From NCBI GenBank assembly GCA_025786725.1, contig JAHLTZ010000008.1, positions 434,001-498,000 of the forward strand: a stretch of 64,000 nt of DNA, given 5' to 3'. The translations under genes and the position numbers were made by a program. This DNA is from Syncephalis fuscata S228 (lineage: Eukaryota; Fungi; Zoopagomycota). Shown here in pieces: positions 1 through 12,591 of the stretch; the first letter of the stretch is position 1; each line of letters starts with the position of its first letter. The notes below the pieces were generated by a model. The model did not search any database, had not been told where the DNA came from, and was given only the letters and a program-made list of their open reading frames with translations.

Positions 1-1100
1 GTAACCTATAATGGCCCATAGCATTGTTAGTATTGACCCATTAAAAAAACAAGGGCTGTTTAGAAGCTGTTCATTTCTCCTACCGATACACTTGCTATAC
101 GGCCATCCCAGTTAGTAGAACCGCTTCTTTGGCAAATCTCCACGAGCTGCTTGCGCCATTGTTGAACATCGGACTTGAAATCAACCCACAACTGGATATC
201 TCCGCAAACACCGTTCAAAGCCCGAGCACGTGTTTCGTATGCTACACTTAACATTCTTTCAATAGGAATAATACGGCGACAGTCATTATCTTGTACAATC
301 ACGATGTAATCCCATGCAATCTCTTCTACTCGGTTCGGTTACAATTAGCAATCGTTAGTTTTGGTCATTGTATACTGAACAATGGACATGCTATTACTTA
401 CCAACAATGCCGCGAAACCATCGACGGTAAGTTCGTCGCCGATTGAAAATGGTTCGGCTACTGATAACTGGATGGCGTTCAATAATGATCGCATAAATGG
501 TTGTAGCGTAACACCGGCAAATGCGCCCACAAGACTGACACTGGCATAAAGCCAGGCTCCAATCTGGTTGGCACCAGGCAATAACATGATAATGCCTATA
601 GTACAGAAAATACCACATATCACTTCCCATGAGCGTTTTAATAGCATCAACGTCGTTTTAATCCGTTTCATTTCTTTTACAGGCTGTTGGTGGCCATTGG
701 GTAGTCGTTGATGGCTACGTATATACTCTTCGACTACACCTTTACTCAAATTAGACAATAGCCAATATGCTGATATAATTAGGAATACACCGATAATACG
801 GCGTAGAATCGTAAGTAGTTGTCGATCAATGTCTGGAAACACAAGCTGTAGTGTAATGTAAGCCGCAGTTAACGGTAGTAGTGGTAGCAATGGCCATTTA
901 CTAAATACAACACAAGTATCAGCATAAAAGTCTAAATAAGCTGAATTTAGCCTAATCTACCTGTAAGCTACAATAACATCGTCCCATAGTGTTGTCGTTT
1001 GCTCAGCAATGAGCGTCAAGACTAGATAAATAATCAAATGTACAATAAGTGCGCCAATAATGGCAGCACACAGAATCGTTAAAGCAAGATACCACTGCAT
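1..1100 (-). CDS. Small-conductance mechanosensitive channel (MscS family, bacterial-type), 3' end runs off the window
   Basis: ATG at 1100. GT-AG introns at 901-960, 326-401 and 6-83 (TACTAAC branch). One 1-nt deletion near 415-417. Reconstructed protein has N-terminal TM helices, then IGAWLYASVSLVGAFAGVTLQPFMRSLLNAIQLSVAEPFSIGDELTVDGFRGIVEEIAWDYIVI...RRIIP...WDGRIASVSVT, matching the MscS TM3/beta-domain pattern. Confidence 0.85.
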
Positions 1101-1250
1101 ATTAAAGACAATAAAATATAAAGAAAAGCGGTGTTATGATAATGCCCTGTTTTACCCTAGCTAGCCAAATAGCAAGTGACCATCATGTGATCATATACAG
1201 TGCGGGTGGTGTAGCTGCCATCGTGTTGGATTAATACCACATGCTTATCG

Positions 1251-1388
1251 TCTAATATGCTTGTATATACATATTATTCATACCATTTGTATCTTGATAT
1301 TTCAGTTCATGTACCATGCAATTGTATATCATATTTAATTACTTGTTTAAAGACGCAATACAAGAACTAGTATAGTCTTAATCATATA
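1251..1388 (+). repeat. Left arm of ~135-bp inverted repeat (partner 4301-4438), candidate TIR around the MULE relic
   Basis: atgcttgtatatacatattattcataccatttgtatcttg...aaagacgcaatacaa is the reverse complement of ttgtattgcgtcttt...caagatacaaatagtatgaataatatgtatatacaagcat at 4301-4438. Confidence 0.8.
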
Positions 1389-1444
1389 ACATATTGTGTG
1401 TTATTTGACATTAGCATATCATTTGTTTATAAACAGTTTATTAA

Positions 1445-1830
1445 CAATCCATTCATTTAGCGAGCTATATGTACCTAAATATATAAACAATAGAATGTGT
1501 TTAGTATAGCATATAATGATATATGGTAGTATGGAATAGAAATGATATATGCATACTGGATAATAAATCTACAATAATGAGTATTTGATGATTGATGTCA
1601 CTCACCGCCCATCATCATGTTCAATAGATTGGATTTTATTTGATATTAGTCATTTAACTACCAAAACAAAGCAATAAATGTGATGATGTAATGATGTAAT
1701 GATTAAATAAAGCTCACCATTTGTTTCCATGTTCAATAGAACGAAAATGTAGTTCAACTACGCGAATGTTACAAAAATAGTCATTTGGCCTCCCCTCCCC
1801 CAAATCATGTTAAGTTGTTGATAAAATTTT
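1445..1830. repeat. Partial copy of the dispersed foldback/MITE family (two tandem TIR-like units)
   Basis: tatgcatactggataataaatctacaataatgagtattt...gatgtcactcacc...catcatcatgttcaatag is shared with 17451-17530 and 46410-46490, and in reverse with 40460-40660. Confidence 0.75.
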
Positions 1831-2099
1831 TAATGGTATAATAGAAATAAATAACTAATAATTGATATTAGGGCAATTTTGAAGAATACATCGTTTTTGC
1901 TTTTAATTACAAAATACTCTTTTTTAATTTATTTTATTTTTTCATTTTTCTATTTTTTATAAAATAAATAAACCGCTTTTCAATTCATTTAGAAAAATAC
2001 ATTGTTTTTAAAATTTATTATAATAAATTTAATAAATAAAAATAAATTGTTCTTTGATTTTATTTATCAAGATACACCGTTTTGAAAAACCTATCGTAA

Positions 2100-3290
2100 T
2101 GTCTACCAGACTATTTAAAAAAGCTATATTTAACAGTATTAAAAAACAGAATTGCCGTTGACATGTTTAAGCTTGTTAACAGTTGTAATTTTAAGAGTAA
2201 GAATAGGGATTCAACAAGATTACAGCTTATTTGCCCTCATGAATACCGTCCCAGCAACAAATGCCAGTTTGTTTTAACTGCCAAAAAGCAGGAAATTGGC
2301 TTATTAAAAATTGTTTAATGCAATATTAAACATTTTAATGGTTTTTTATATGATTCTGGTAATGATACTATTAAATCTATTACAAGTGGTGTCGCTATAT
2401 TCTCAAATGTAAAATCAACAGATGTACGAATAAAGTATCAAAGTATGTACACATTTGATTATTCAATATACACTAACAATTGTAATAGCTTAATAGATGC
2501 TATTATTTTTATACAAAGCTTGTTCTGCTCTTAATTTAATAAAAAATATATTAACAGCAATATAATTCTTTTTCATTTATTAAATATTACTTTATCAAAT
2601 TTGAACATTTTAATCCGGATTCTGTCCAGCACTTCTTGCAAAACCAGTCTGGTAATTTTAAAATGCATTTTTATGTCATTTATCATTTATTAAAGCTTGC
2701 CAGTATACCCGTAAAGTACTGGTAATTGATGGTTGCCATTTAAGGTTTTCTTATGGCGGTATTGCTCTTGGTGCAGTTGTTAAAGATGGAAATAACAATA
2801 TTTTACCTTTGGTTGTTGCTATAGTATTTCATAAAATGAAAACAACTGGGTCTATTTCCTTAAACTTTAGCAGATTCAGTACCTGAATTAAGTATTCACA
2901 AGCTCAAGGATTGTTAACTAATAATAGCTATTTTTTGTATAAATCAACATTACTGACATCAATAACTATATAGTTGATGATTATTCTGATATCAAATTTC
3001 AAATTAAAACTACTATTTTGAAGAATTGTGGTTTTTTATTAATGATTTATTAATAAATCTTACACCATTGATTATTTAAACAAATTATATGCTTAGAAAT
3101 TTGCCTGGTTGAAATAGAGCCAATTACTGCAGATATTTTGTGTTTGCCACCGATAATAACGAAGAAAGCCGGTAGACCAAAGTTAAAAGAATTAGATGTT
3201 GTGGTAAGCTTTGAAGCCACCAACGATATAATTGTCGCAATGTAGCTTAAAAGACACAATACAAGGCATGCACTTAAACACTAGCATAAC
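2100..3290 (+). mobile_element. Decayed Mutator-like (MULE) DNA transposase
   Basis: About 2710-2870 translates KVLVIDGCHLRFSYGGIALGAVVKDGNNNILPLVVAIV..ENNWVYFL (MULE catalytic-domain motif). About 3140-3275 gives CLPPIITKKAGRPK..RIR and a broken CxxC..H....C zinc knuckle. Many stops and frameshifts. Confidence 0.85.
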
Positions 3291-4300
3291 AATGTTGAAA
3301 CAAGCACTTTATTGAAGAACAAATACAAACTACTAATGAAACAACTATCAAGAAAAGTGTTATTAAAGAATGTTTAATTTGTGATAAACGTCATTACAAG
3401 AAAACAAGTGTGGAGCAAACAAAAATAGTTTTATTAATAAATAAATTTAATAAATTTAATAAATAATGTATGGCAAAGACTGCATATGAATAAATTGCAA
3501 GCATTTGGGTTTGTCTAAAGAATTGTTTCAAAAGTGATATGGCGACTTGAGGGCAATGGGAATAAGGTGTCGATCACAATGGCCTTTAGAGTCCATAAGA
3601 ATATGGTGTGGAGGGACGGAGACCGTCCTGGAGATTGTAAGTAATACTGTTACCGAATTGTTTGGCAAATACAAATAAAAGTGTATTTCAACAACACAGA
3701 TTCAATTGGTAGAACACTTATGTTAAAGTTAGTGAATTTATTGAGAGATTATGGTTTTTATTAAATAAAGTAGTGTTTAGTATTTATATGAGTACTGTTA
3801 GTTACCCTTTCATCCTTTATCATCGTCGTCCAAGCATATGCAGTCTCCTTTTCATCCATCAGATTTACCTTAAATACTTTTTACGCTTTGATACTGCTCT
3901 TCTATTCTACTACCTTTCTTTTTGGTTCTCATGATATCAGTAATCTTTTTCAAATGAGCTTCATAAGACCTGCAATTTCCGGAATACTGCTATTTTTTAA
4001 ATATCTTTCTAACTTTTCTGTAAATTCGTTGTTCTATTATAATACTTGGTAACATGATACATAATCGTGAGTAATAGAGAGGATCAAACTACCAACCCAC
4101 GCTCTTTCTATAATATAGTTTTAGCATAAAACTGATGCTGCAGTACCAAAAATGTGCGAAACTGACACCCATGTCCAAAGTTGACACTGTATGGCAGATA
4201 TTGACTCATTAGAACAGGAAAAGAGCGAGAATGAAATACTCGGAACTTGATTCTTGGCAATGGCAAATGTTTACTTGTCTGGTTTTGTTGCAGTACGCAT

Positions 4301-4438
4301 CATATGATTAACGCTATATTACTTTTGTATTGCGTCTTTGAACAACTAATTAAATACAATATACTATTATATGGTACATAAACTAATATACCAAGATACA
4401 AATAGTATGAATAATATGTATATACAAGCATGTTAAAT
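4301..4438 (-). repeat. Right arm of ~135-bp inverted repeat (partner 1251-1388)
   Basis: Reverse complement of 1251-1388 with scattered mismatches. Confidence 0.8.
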
Positions 4439-4666
4439 TTATAATGGCTATTCTATAATATATAGCATCGTTCAAAAATAATATATTGCCAAGAAGATAG
4501 AGTCATGAGGCATACATAAAGAAGTTGCGATAGTGACTATTATGTGATTTTATACAGAAAATACGAATTCAAAAATTGTAAATAGATCACCGCGACCGCG
4601 ATTGAATTCCTTTTCACTTGGCTCTTTTCGGTTTATTACTTTTTGAGTGCCCTTTGAACATACGCC

Positions 4667-5825
4667 ATGTCACGGCCACAGGATGAAAGAAATCAGGAAG
4701 CAACTGTCTATGTAGGCAATCTAGATGATCGCTGCTCTGACGCATTGATCTGGGAGCTGATGCTTCAAGCCGGGCCAGTAGGTAAGTAATTCGGCAGTAT
4801 TATGCATTTAGAATCAATAAACTTACGATTCGCAGTTAATGTACATTTGCCAAAGGACCGGGTAACGCAGCAGCATCAAAACTATGGCTTTTGCGAGTTT
4901 ATGACGGAGGAGGATGCAGATTACGCAATAAAGATTATGAATATGGTTAAATTGTTTGGCAAACCTATTCGCGTCAACAAGGTAATTGATAAATAGAAAA
5001 TATCTATTTGTTTAATTATTTATGTTATGTTTGCAATGGAAATAGGCTGCTGCCGATAAGCGAGAATTAGAAATTGGTGCCAATCTGTTTATTGGTAATC
5101 TTGACCCAGAAGTTGATGAAAAGATGCTGCACGATACATTTAGTGCATTTGGTATGATTGTACAGACACCCAAGGTAGGTTGGTTTATTGAGTAAAATTA
5201 GTGGAAGTAATGCTGACGAACGTTTATAGGTGGGAAGAGATCCGGATACGGGCATCAGTAAAGGTTATGGATTTGTAAGTTTCGACAGTTTTGAAGCGGC
5301 CGACGCAGCAATTGAAGCGATGGATGGCCAATTTTTGGCAAACAAATCTATTTCGATTACGTATGCATTTAAGAAAGATGGCAAGGGCGAACGACATGGC
5401 TCGGCTGCCGGTAAGCTATTGTTTAGTTGCGAATGATAAATAGATACTAAATATTGTTTAGAGCGTTTATTGGCCGCACAAGGCAAAAAGCACGGTACTA
5501 TGATGGGTGCGACACAGCCCAATCGGCTATTTGCTACTGTGCCTATGCCCGATGGCAGTGTAGCAATGCAGGATCCGCATGGTGGACATCCCGGTATGAA
5601 TATGCCGCAACAGATGATGGCTGGCAATCCAGGTATGGGTGCTCCCCATCCTTCTATGCATCCTGGTGGCTATCCTGGCTATGGTGACATGTCAGGTAAG
5701 GCAGATGAATGAGTAAGCAAACAGCTGTTAATTAGTAATGTTAATTAGGCGCACCGATGGCACCAGCCTACAATATGGGCTACGGGCAACAAGCACATTA
5801 TCCACCACCACCTCCACCGCAGTAA
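4667..5825 (+). CDS. SF3B4: Splicing factor 3B subunit 4 (SAP49/Hsh49), two RRMs plus Pro/Gly/Met tail
   Basis: [20 protein letters not shown]...[22 protein letters not shown]...[17 protein letters not shown]...[23 protein letters not shown]. Exons 4667-4781, 4836-4981, 5046-5174, 5230-5410, 5462-5695, 5749-5825, all GT-AG. Confidence 0.97.
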
Positions 5826-6417
5826 TAATAGTATTGCTACAGGAAATAGACATTATAGCGCGTTTGAATGTAGCATTTGATTGCTCGTCTAGTTGTTTTG
5901 ACATGTAACTTCTTAAATGTTGTGCATAGTCACAAGTTAAAATATATATTGATATAAGTTTAAAACCAACACTGTGCAGCTCAGTGATTTTTTCTATTAA
6001 TATAACATATGGATGTCATGTTGCGTGTGCTTTTAAATATGGCGTTTTGTCATTTTTTTAAAATTATAAATATTGCTTATATAAATATCTGTATATGCTA
6101 TAACTTCAATGTTGCATTTTAAATACAATAATAAACGACTGAATTCTGTTTCATTTACACTTTTAAAATATAAAACACTGATGATTTTTAAAGAATTGTA
6201 TTGTTTTGTGTTAAAAGTCGATTAGATGCAAATATATGTAGTGATGTGTTCAGTGTAAATAAAGCAACCCCGTGGGTACTTTATAGGATAAGCGATGAGA
6301 TAACGAAGATAGGGAAGGCAGACCGAAAATGTGGAAATATGATCATAGAAATATGATCATAGTCAGAGGAATAGAATGATAGAGAGGGTAGAATGCTAGA
6401 CGCTGTAGAAAGTCAGC

Positions 6418-7050
6418 TTATTCAGCTGGCTTCTCGGCTTCCTCGGCTTCAGCTGGCTTCTCGGCTTCAGCTGGCTTCTCTTCTACAATATCCGAAGCAG
6501 TGTCTTCAGCCTTTGCGCCCGTGGATGTTGTCTCCTCGGTTTGCTCAGCGTCAGCTTCTTTTTCCTCGGTGGCCTCAGCCTCGTCTTTAGCTTCAGCTTC
6601 AGACTCTACTTTGGCTTCAGCGTCAGCGTCAGCTTCAACTGTCTCTTTGTTTTCTTCGGCATTTTCGGCCGTTTCCTCATCTTCCCCGGAAGCAGTACCG
6701 GCCAAAAGAGCAGCACCTGTCTCTTGTTTGCGACGGCCATTCTCCGAAAGCTTCTCGTTACGGCAGGCTTTGCCGAGCATTTCTTGAATGGCACCACCCA
6801 TTTTCAAAAAGCGAGCTGACATGCGTTTCTTAATCGTAATAGCATTCTTTTTGCCGGCATTGGCCACCGCTTCACCTCCTTCGGCGGCGGCAGCTGTGGC
6901 CTCTTCGCTCACCTCTTCAATAGTAGTGGTGGTATTATTTGTTACATCTTCAACCGTCAAAGTGATATCGTTGCCAATGGTGTCCGCAAGATTGACGGTT
7001 GCATCGTTCAATTCGGTGATGAGGGCTGGAGTTTCGGTGGTATGTTCCAT
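6418..7050 (-). CDS. Acidic low-complexity protein with a CsbD-like stress-protein motif
   Basis: ATG at 7050. KMGGAIQEMLGKACRNEKLSENGRRKQETG resembles the CsbD/hydrophilin repeat. Glu/Ala-rich tail with EKPAEA repeats. STRE-like AGGGG near 7217 upstream. Confidence 0.6.
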   Translation of the reverse strand: MEHTTETPALITELNDATVNLADTIGNDITLTVEDVTNNTTTTIEEVSEEATAAAAEGGEAVANAGKKNAITIKKRMSARFLKMGGAIQEMLGKACRNEKLSENGRRKQETGAALLAGTASGEDEETAENAEENKETVEADADAEAKVESEAEAKDEAEATEEKEADAEQTEETTSTGAKAEDTASDIVEEKPAEAEKPAEAEEAEKPAE

Positions 7051-8263
7051 GATGTTGGTTGAAATGGTGCAGGAAGCGTAAGACAAACGAACGATAAATG
7101 TTCTAGAGAATTAGGCGCTGATAATTAAAAGCAACGTAAAAGTTCGAATAAAGAGTGTATTGTAAGATGGGGTCTGTTTCTCATGGCGCCATGGATTTGA
7201 AGCTTTTATGAAAGCCAGGGGCACTACAAAGACCGCGTGGTTGAAGTGGGAAAGTTCGATTCAGTATATTGCATGGGCTCGCTACCCGATATCCGAACGA
7301 CTAGCTCCGGCCTGCAATGAAAAGCATCCAAGAAGCTATCAAGCAGCCTCGTCACGCTATGCTTCAATATCCTTGGCCGTGCATTGGGCCAAGCAGTGTC
7401 GTAGCGGCATGGACAGCGCCATGCATAACATTCATAACCAGAATACTCTCTACACGTGTATACGCGTGGTATTGTAGCAAAGCGAATATTCAATTCAATC
7501 TTTTTCAGTGAAATGCCTCAAACGTGTGCCTCCAGCTTGCGTCGCATGGTGTCTAGATTCATTGCAAGACACGTGATTGCCACGCGAATTTAATCGTGGC
7601 ATTTGCGCTTTGTATTGTTCTCTTAGATATGCGCGTTTTGCACCATGCGATACCGGCTGCAGCGCATGAAGACTGGCACTTGCGTCTGTACTTGAGCACA
7701 CGTACGTTGCCATGAGCGTACCTATTTCTGCTTATCAAGGCATGTGTCTCTTTTACATGCATTATTTTCATTTATGTTGTTCTAAAATTAAAAACGTTCT
7801 AAAAGATTTTCTGGTACAATAACACATGTCGTAAATCATTATCATCATTTCTAGATTACAAATGACAATTGTACAATAAAAGCACTTTAAGGTAGTGTAT
7901 TTATTTTAATTTTTTGGTTATCATTACTTTTGTATTGACAGCTGCTATTATGTTTGATGTAAATATTGCTGAATATTTGACCCAATGTAAATGACATATT
8001 CGATATTATGTTTACCTATTATATGATTTATTAACACTGAATTAATTACTAATATTTAATTTGCAAACTAGTAGATGGATTGTCAAGGATTAATAATTAG
8101 CATAAAGCGTATATTTGTTGAATAATAAATAATAAGTATTTCTTTTATTTTATAAATTTATTTTTTGTACGCACATTTCCTTTAACTAGTTTAAATAAAA
8201 CAAATACATATCAAGTTTATTATTCTATCGTTAATTTTATTTAAAAAAATTGTTTGTTTTGTT

Positions 8264-10482
8264 TTAATCATGCCAGTAAACAACGCGCTTATTCATGAAA
8301 GACATAGCTAATAACGTGCGCCTAGTGTCTTCTATATTGCCCTTTAAACCAAAATATGGAACACTAGCTATGTGTTCTATTATAGACTTTGAGTTGACAT
8401 CGATTCCACGCACTTGAATAAATCCGGAATATACCCAACTTTCATTGAAATTCAAATCACTGGGCGCAGTAATAGTTATTTCCACTGTTTTAGATTGTCC
8501 CGCTAAGAGAAAAAAACTATTTTTTAAAAACACAACGGCTGCAGGGCTATGGCGGTGTTCTGGTGGTTTTATTGGAGTTCCGTCGGGTAAAATAGAGCGA
8601 ACATTTGCGGCTGGATAATGATCAAGTATATATCTCTGTACTGAGTTCGAGTGGTTGGTTATAGTAATGGTAACTTTCTTTTGCCACACCGATTCCTTAT
8701 GATCACCCAATTCCAACACAGCCGGCTGAACATCAGTAGTTCCCAAAAGTGCGTTTTTAACATTTATCATACCCACGCCTTGCTGCGCCACTGAGGCAAG
8801 GCCAGTTGTCTGTTTTGCCCCAATCCAACTTGCATAGTGTTTTAGATTTGCTATTAAATCATCATTGTTTGTGTTCTTGCCACGGTTTTTATGCTCTAGC
8901 AAAAGAGCAATAGACCAGCTGCATACGCTGCAGCCATGGAACTTCCGCTCGAATATACAAAAGACGCTATATTTTGTGGCATTGTTGTTATAACCTTCAT
9001 GCCAGGAGCTGTAATATCTGGATTCATAGTAAGCCGTGGTGTTGGACCCCACATCGAAGTGTCGTCCACGTGTGTGCCAAGATTATTTGGAAGCCAGTTC
9101 ATTTGGTGATTAAACGTTGCCTTTACTTCAGCGCACAAATTAATAAAACGGGTTATCTTAAGCATGTCTGAATAAGAAATGTCATAAACTGGCAACTTGC
9201 AATCAGAGTTTTCTTTTACGCCAGACTTGGTAAATGGTATCTGTCTAATAACTCCATATGCACCCAATCTCTTGGCTGCTCTTGCCAGTGAATCCAATCG
9301 ACAATTGTGTGATTCAGCTAGCAATACCTTACCCTTGATATCTCCAAAAATTCTGCATTCGTTTGTTTGTGATAAAACAGTTACTGTCGCTGTCACTATG
9401 TTAAGTTCGCCCAACGATAATTATTTGCCGGACATCTGGGTGTATAAGCAATCCGATGAGGTCCATTTACGCGTGCAAGAAACCAATGTCTATAGGTCAA
9501 GGCTGCATCGGCTACCGCTACAGACAGAACAGATGGTGAGTATGATGGCGCAAGTTCATTCCACATTTCATTCGAAAAATTGTTGCCCGCAGCAGCCACA
9601 ATAATAACACCCATACGCGATATATGTTCAATATAAGCAATCATGGGATCATTGGGTGGCAGGTAGAATCCAGTATACGAAAGATTAATGATTTGCATAT
9701 GATCATATTCGGCTGCCCTCTCAAGAGCTGCCAATGCCATATCTGAGGATGACGTGCCGGTACAGCCGAATATACGATAAACGCCATAGGTAGCGTTGGG
9801 GGCTACGCCTGAAATTAAAGGGTGGCTGGCTGCCATAATACCGGCAACTGCAGTGCCATGGCCATTACATGTATCCAGCGGCTTTTCACTAGAATATGGA
9901 CGATTTTTGCCATTAAAGTGGTCGCCAACAAAATCATAACCGTGAGCAATTTTGTAACCTTGACCAAAACCTCCTCCTAGTGCTATATGATTATAATCGA
10001 CGCCACTATCAATAATTCCAATTTTAACGTTTTTGCCTGATAATTCATATCATCGTGCAATATATCGACACCAGTAACTGAATGCGGTGTAGGCGGTATG
10101 TGGGACAGCTCAATTTGTCTATGTGTACCATGAAGTGCTTGCGTTATTAATACGCCAGCTGAAAATATCTCAACCTGCTGATTTTTTCTAATATACTCTA
10201 TATATCCAGAACCTATTTCTAAACTAATGGCATTGATATTTTCCCCGTATAATGAGCGTAAATTAAACAAGATTCCTTGCTGGTTAAGCCAATATAAAAA
10301 TGTTGCAAGTGTTTCCGTAGACCCTCGCTTCATGCGAAAGATGTAGACATTGTTAACAAATAAAAGCTGTTGTTATCATTATTGAATGTCGATAGCAAAT
10401 TTGATAAAACAGTTGGTGCTTGTTCGATGAGTGCCAAAGCAATTGTTAACAAAACAATTGTAAATGTCGTAATGTATTGCAT
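8264..10482 (-). CDS. Secreted subtilisin-like S8 serine protease with PA and Fn3-like domains (four apparent 1-nt frameshifts)
   Basis: Signal peptide MQYITTFTIVLLTIALA. Catalytic motifs IGIIDSGVDY, HGTAVAG, AAAGN, PDITAPG and SGSSMA all present. C-terminal ITITNHS and YSGFI..VPY (Fn3-like). Frame breaks near 10363, 10036, 9417 and 8914 are each repaired by adding one base; no introns seen. Confidence 0.88.
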
Positions 10483-11520
10483 ATTTCGTTGTAAAGTAGT
10501 CTATGCTATAGTATCGTAAATAGAAATTAAAGTATCGATTTAAAAGTAAAACAAGTTTTATTTATTTAACCAGTATAAATATATAATTTTAGTATTTCTA
10601 CCAGCAGACTAAACTTGGCTGTATACATCAAGTTTGATAGGATAAATAGTGGCGCGATTTTTTATAAACAACACGTGCGATAAACACCCAAAAAATATTT
10701 TTATTTGTAATGAAATTCTATTTTAGTGTAATTAAATTTAGTTTATTTTACGAAAAGCATGATTCGATAGATTTGGCTAAGAAAAAAACACATGCTGCTC
10801 TAAAAAGATACTATTTTGTCATTTGGACCGTTGTTTATATGCGTCAACTTGAATCTTCCAAATTACATTGTTGCTAATTGCCGAATATAGCTTAATCAAG
10901 CGGGGTTTCGGTTATAACAAATTTCCGGCTTCCGATGGAAAGTTAGAAGCATGCGATTAAAACATTATCATCAAAATACATGCATGGTCTATAATTGCTA
11001 CGTTTTTTCATTAATGTTACAAAAAAGCGTATTTATGGATTAGCTGTAATTAAATATAAGCATGGACTTTAAACAATTAGTAAACCAAGTAAATACAAAA
11101 GAAATAGCATGTGAGCCATTATCTTAATAATAGATTGTAAACAAATAAAAGTATTGCCGTTAATCTGTGTAATAAAATTGTGTAACGAAACAATAATCGT
11201 ACAAGTTGAAAGTAAATAGAATATAAACTGCAAAGTTGCCTTTGCACATCATCGACTGTTCTTAAGCACTGGTTTCACATAACCATCCATCATAACTAAT
11301 AATACTGCGTTATGTAGCACTAAAATATCATCATGCTGTCTCCGCTAAACCGTGCTGTGATTATTATTGCGAGGCTATCTTAAACGTGCAAACTGACGTA
11401 ACAACTGCTGATTCGTGCACATCCTAGTAGTAATAGGAGGTGTTTAAGACGGGTTTCAGTTATAGAACACTTCGCACTTTGGCTGTACGTCAGGTCCATG
11501 TTCTTTCTAATATCCGCATC

Positions 11521-12132
11521 ATGCCTCAAATACCAAAATTTCTGCCAGCTTTTTGCTGCTCAGTATGCAAGCGCAAGTATTCGTGCGAAGCCTCACTTCG
11601 CGTTCACTGCAAGAACAAGCATCAGCTGGCTTTGTCTCGTAGAAAGTGTGGTAGAAAGCGTGAGCAGCTCAGTGATGCCGACATTGTTATGCGACAAAGA
11701 CATTTCAGTAGAATACAATTCTATCAAAATAGAGACAGGCGAAATAAAATTCGTCGCGAAAAACGAATGGCAAGTCATGTTATCAAGCTTGCCAGCACAA
11801 GCGATGAAAGGATTATGACGGATATTGAACGTCTACGCGAACGTATTATCGCCGAGTTTAGCTTTTTGAATACGCCACTTTGTGTGTGGATATTAGGCTG
11901 CACAATTTTGGAGGTGGATCACAACGCTAGCATTAGTCTAAATCCGCTTTGGCCTTATGGTAAACCAGATGTAATTGCTTTGGATAGCCAAATACTCGGG
12001 AAACAATTCAACAAATGCTTTATTATCCAGATCGTCCAACATGCATCAAAGTTGATATATACAACCTTAGAGTGCTGGCCCATCAATATGCATTACGCCA
12101 CCCGGAGTTTTGTCCAAGTTTTGTCAGAATAG
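11521..12132 (+). CDS. C2H2 zinc-finger protein with basic region, function unknown
   Basis: CSVCKRKYSCEASLRVHCKNKH fits C-x2-C-x12-H-x4-H, followed by GRKR and an Arg-rich helix. First in-frame ATG is 11521. Confidence 0.65.
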   Translation: MPQIPKFLPAFCCSVCKRKYSCEASLRVHCKNKHQLALSRRKCGRKREQLSDADIVMRQRHFSRIQFYQNRDRRNKIRREKRMASHVIKLASTSDERIMTDIERLRERIIAEFSFLNTPLCVWILGCTILEVDHNASISLNPLWPYGKPDVIALDSQILGKQFNKCFIIQIVQHASKLIYTTLECWPINMHYATRSFVQVLSE

Positions 12133-12591
12133 CTTTAAATAATGCATTAAACACGCAAAGTACAAGTGGCGCGTTGAATGAATAAACATTATGCAGGCTA
12201 AAATGCTAATATAATTCTGTGCATCCATGTATACTTGCTGACAGTGTATTTATATTCATGTAATAAGTTTTATATTGGATAATAATTTAGCAATACATAA
12301 GCCTAAAAATCAGCTAGGCATCACTGTACGTTATAGCACCGATGTATACGCCACACCATTGCCAATATCATTAAATTTGCTGTTATTGTATCTAAACTTT
12401 TGTCATTATATTTAAAGGCCTAGAAAGCGTTTTATGATTTTTCTAAAATATATACATACATGATAGTAAATCTATGAAAATAATTATTTTGATGTTTATT
12501 TCACACTTTATTCAACTACATATTAAATGGCACATCATAACAATAGAATAAACATTTATGTAATAAGTTGTACCGTACTATAAACTTGATA

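Noticed and set aside
6393-7081. Plus-strand ORFs opposite the acidic protein, and similar antisense ORFs across the window
   Set aside because: Shadow frames of biased-codon genes on the other strand.
10880-10935. tRNA-like start GCCGAATATAGCTTAA
   Set aside because: No T-arm or consistent cloverleaf.
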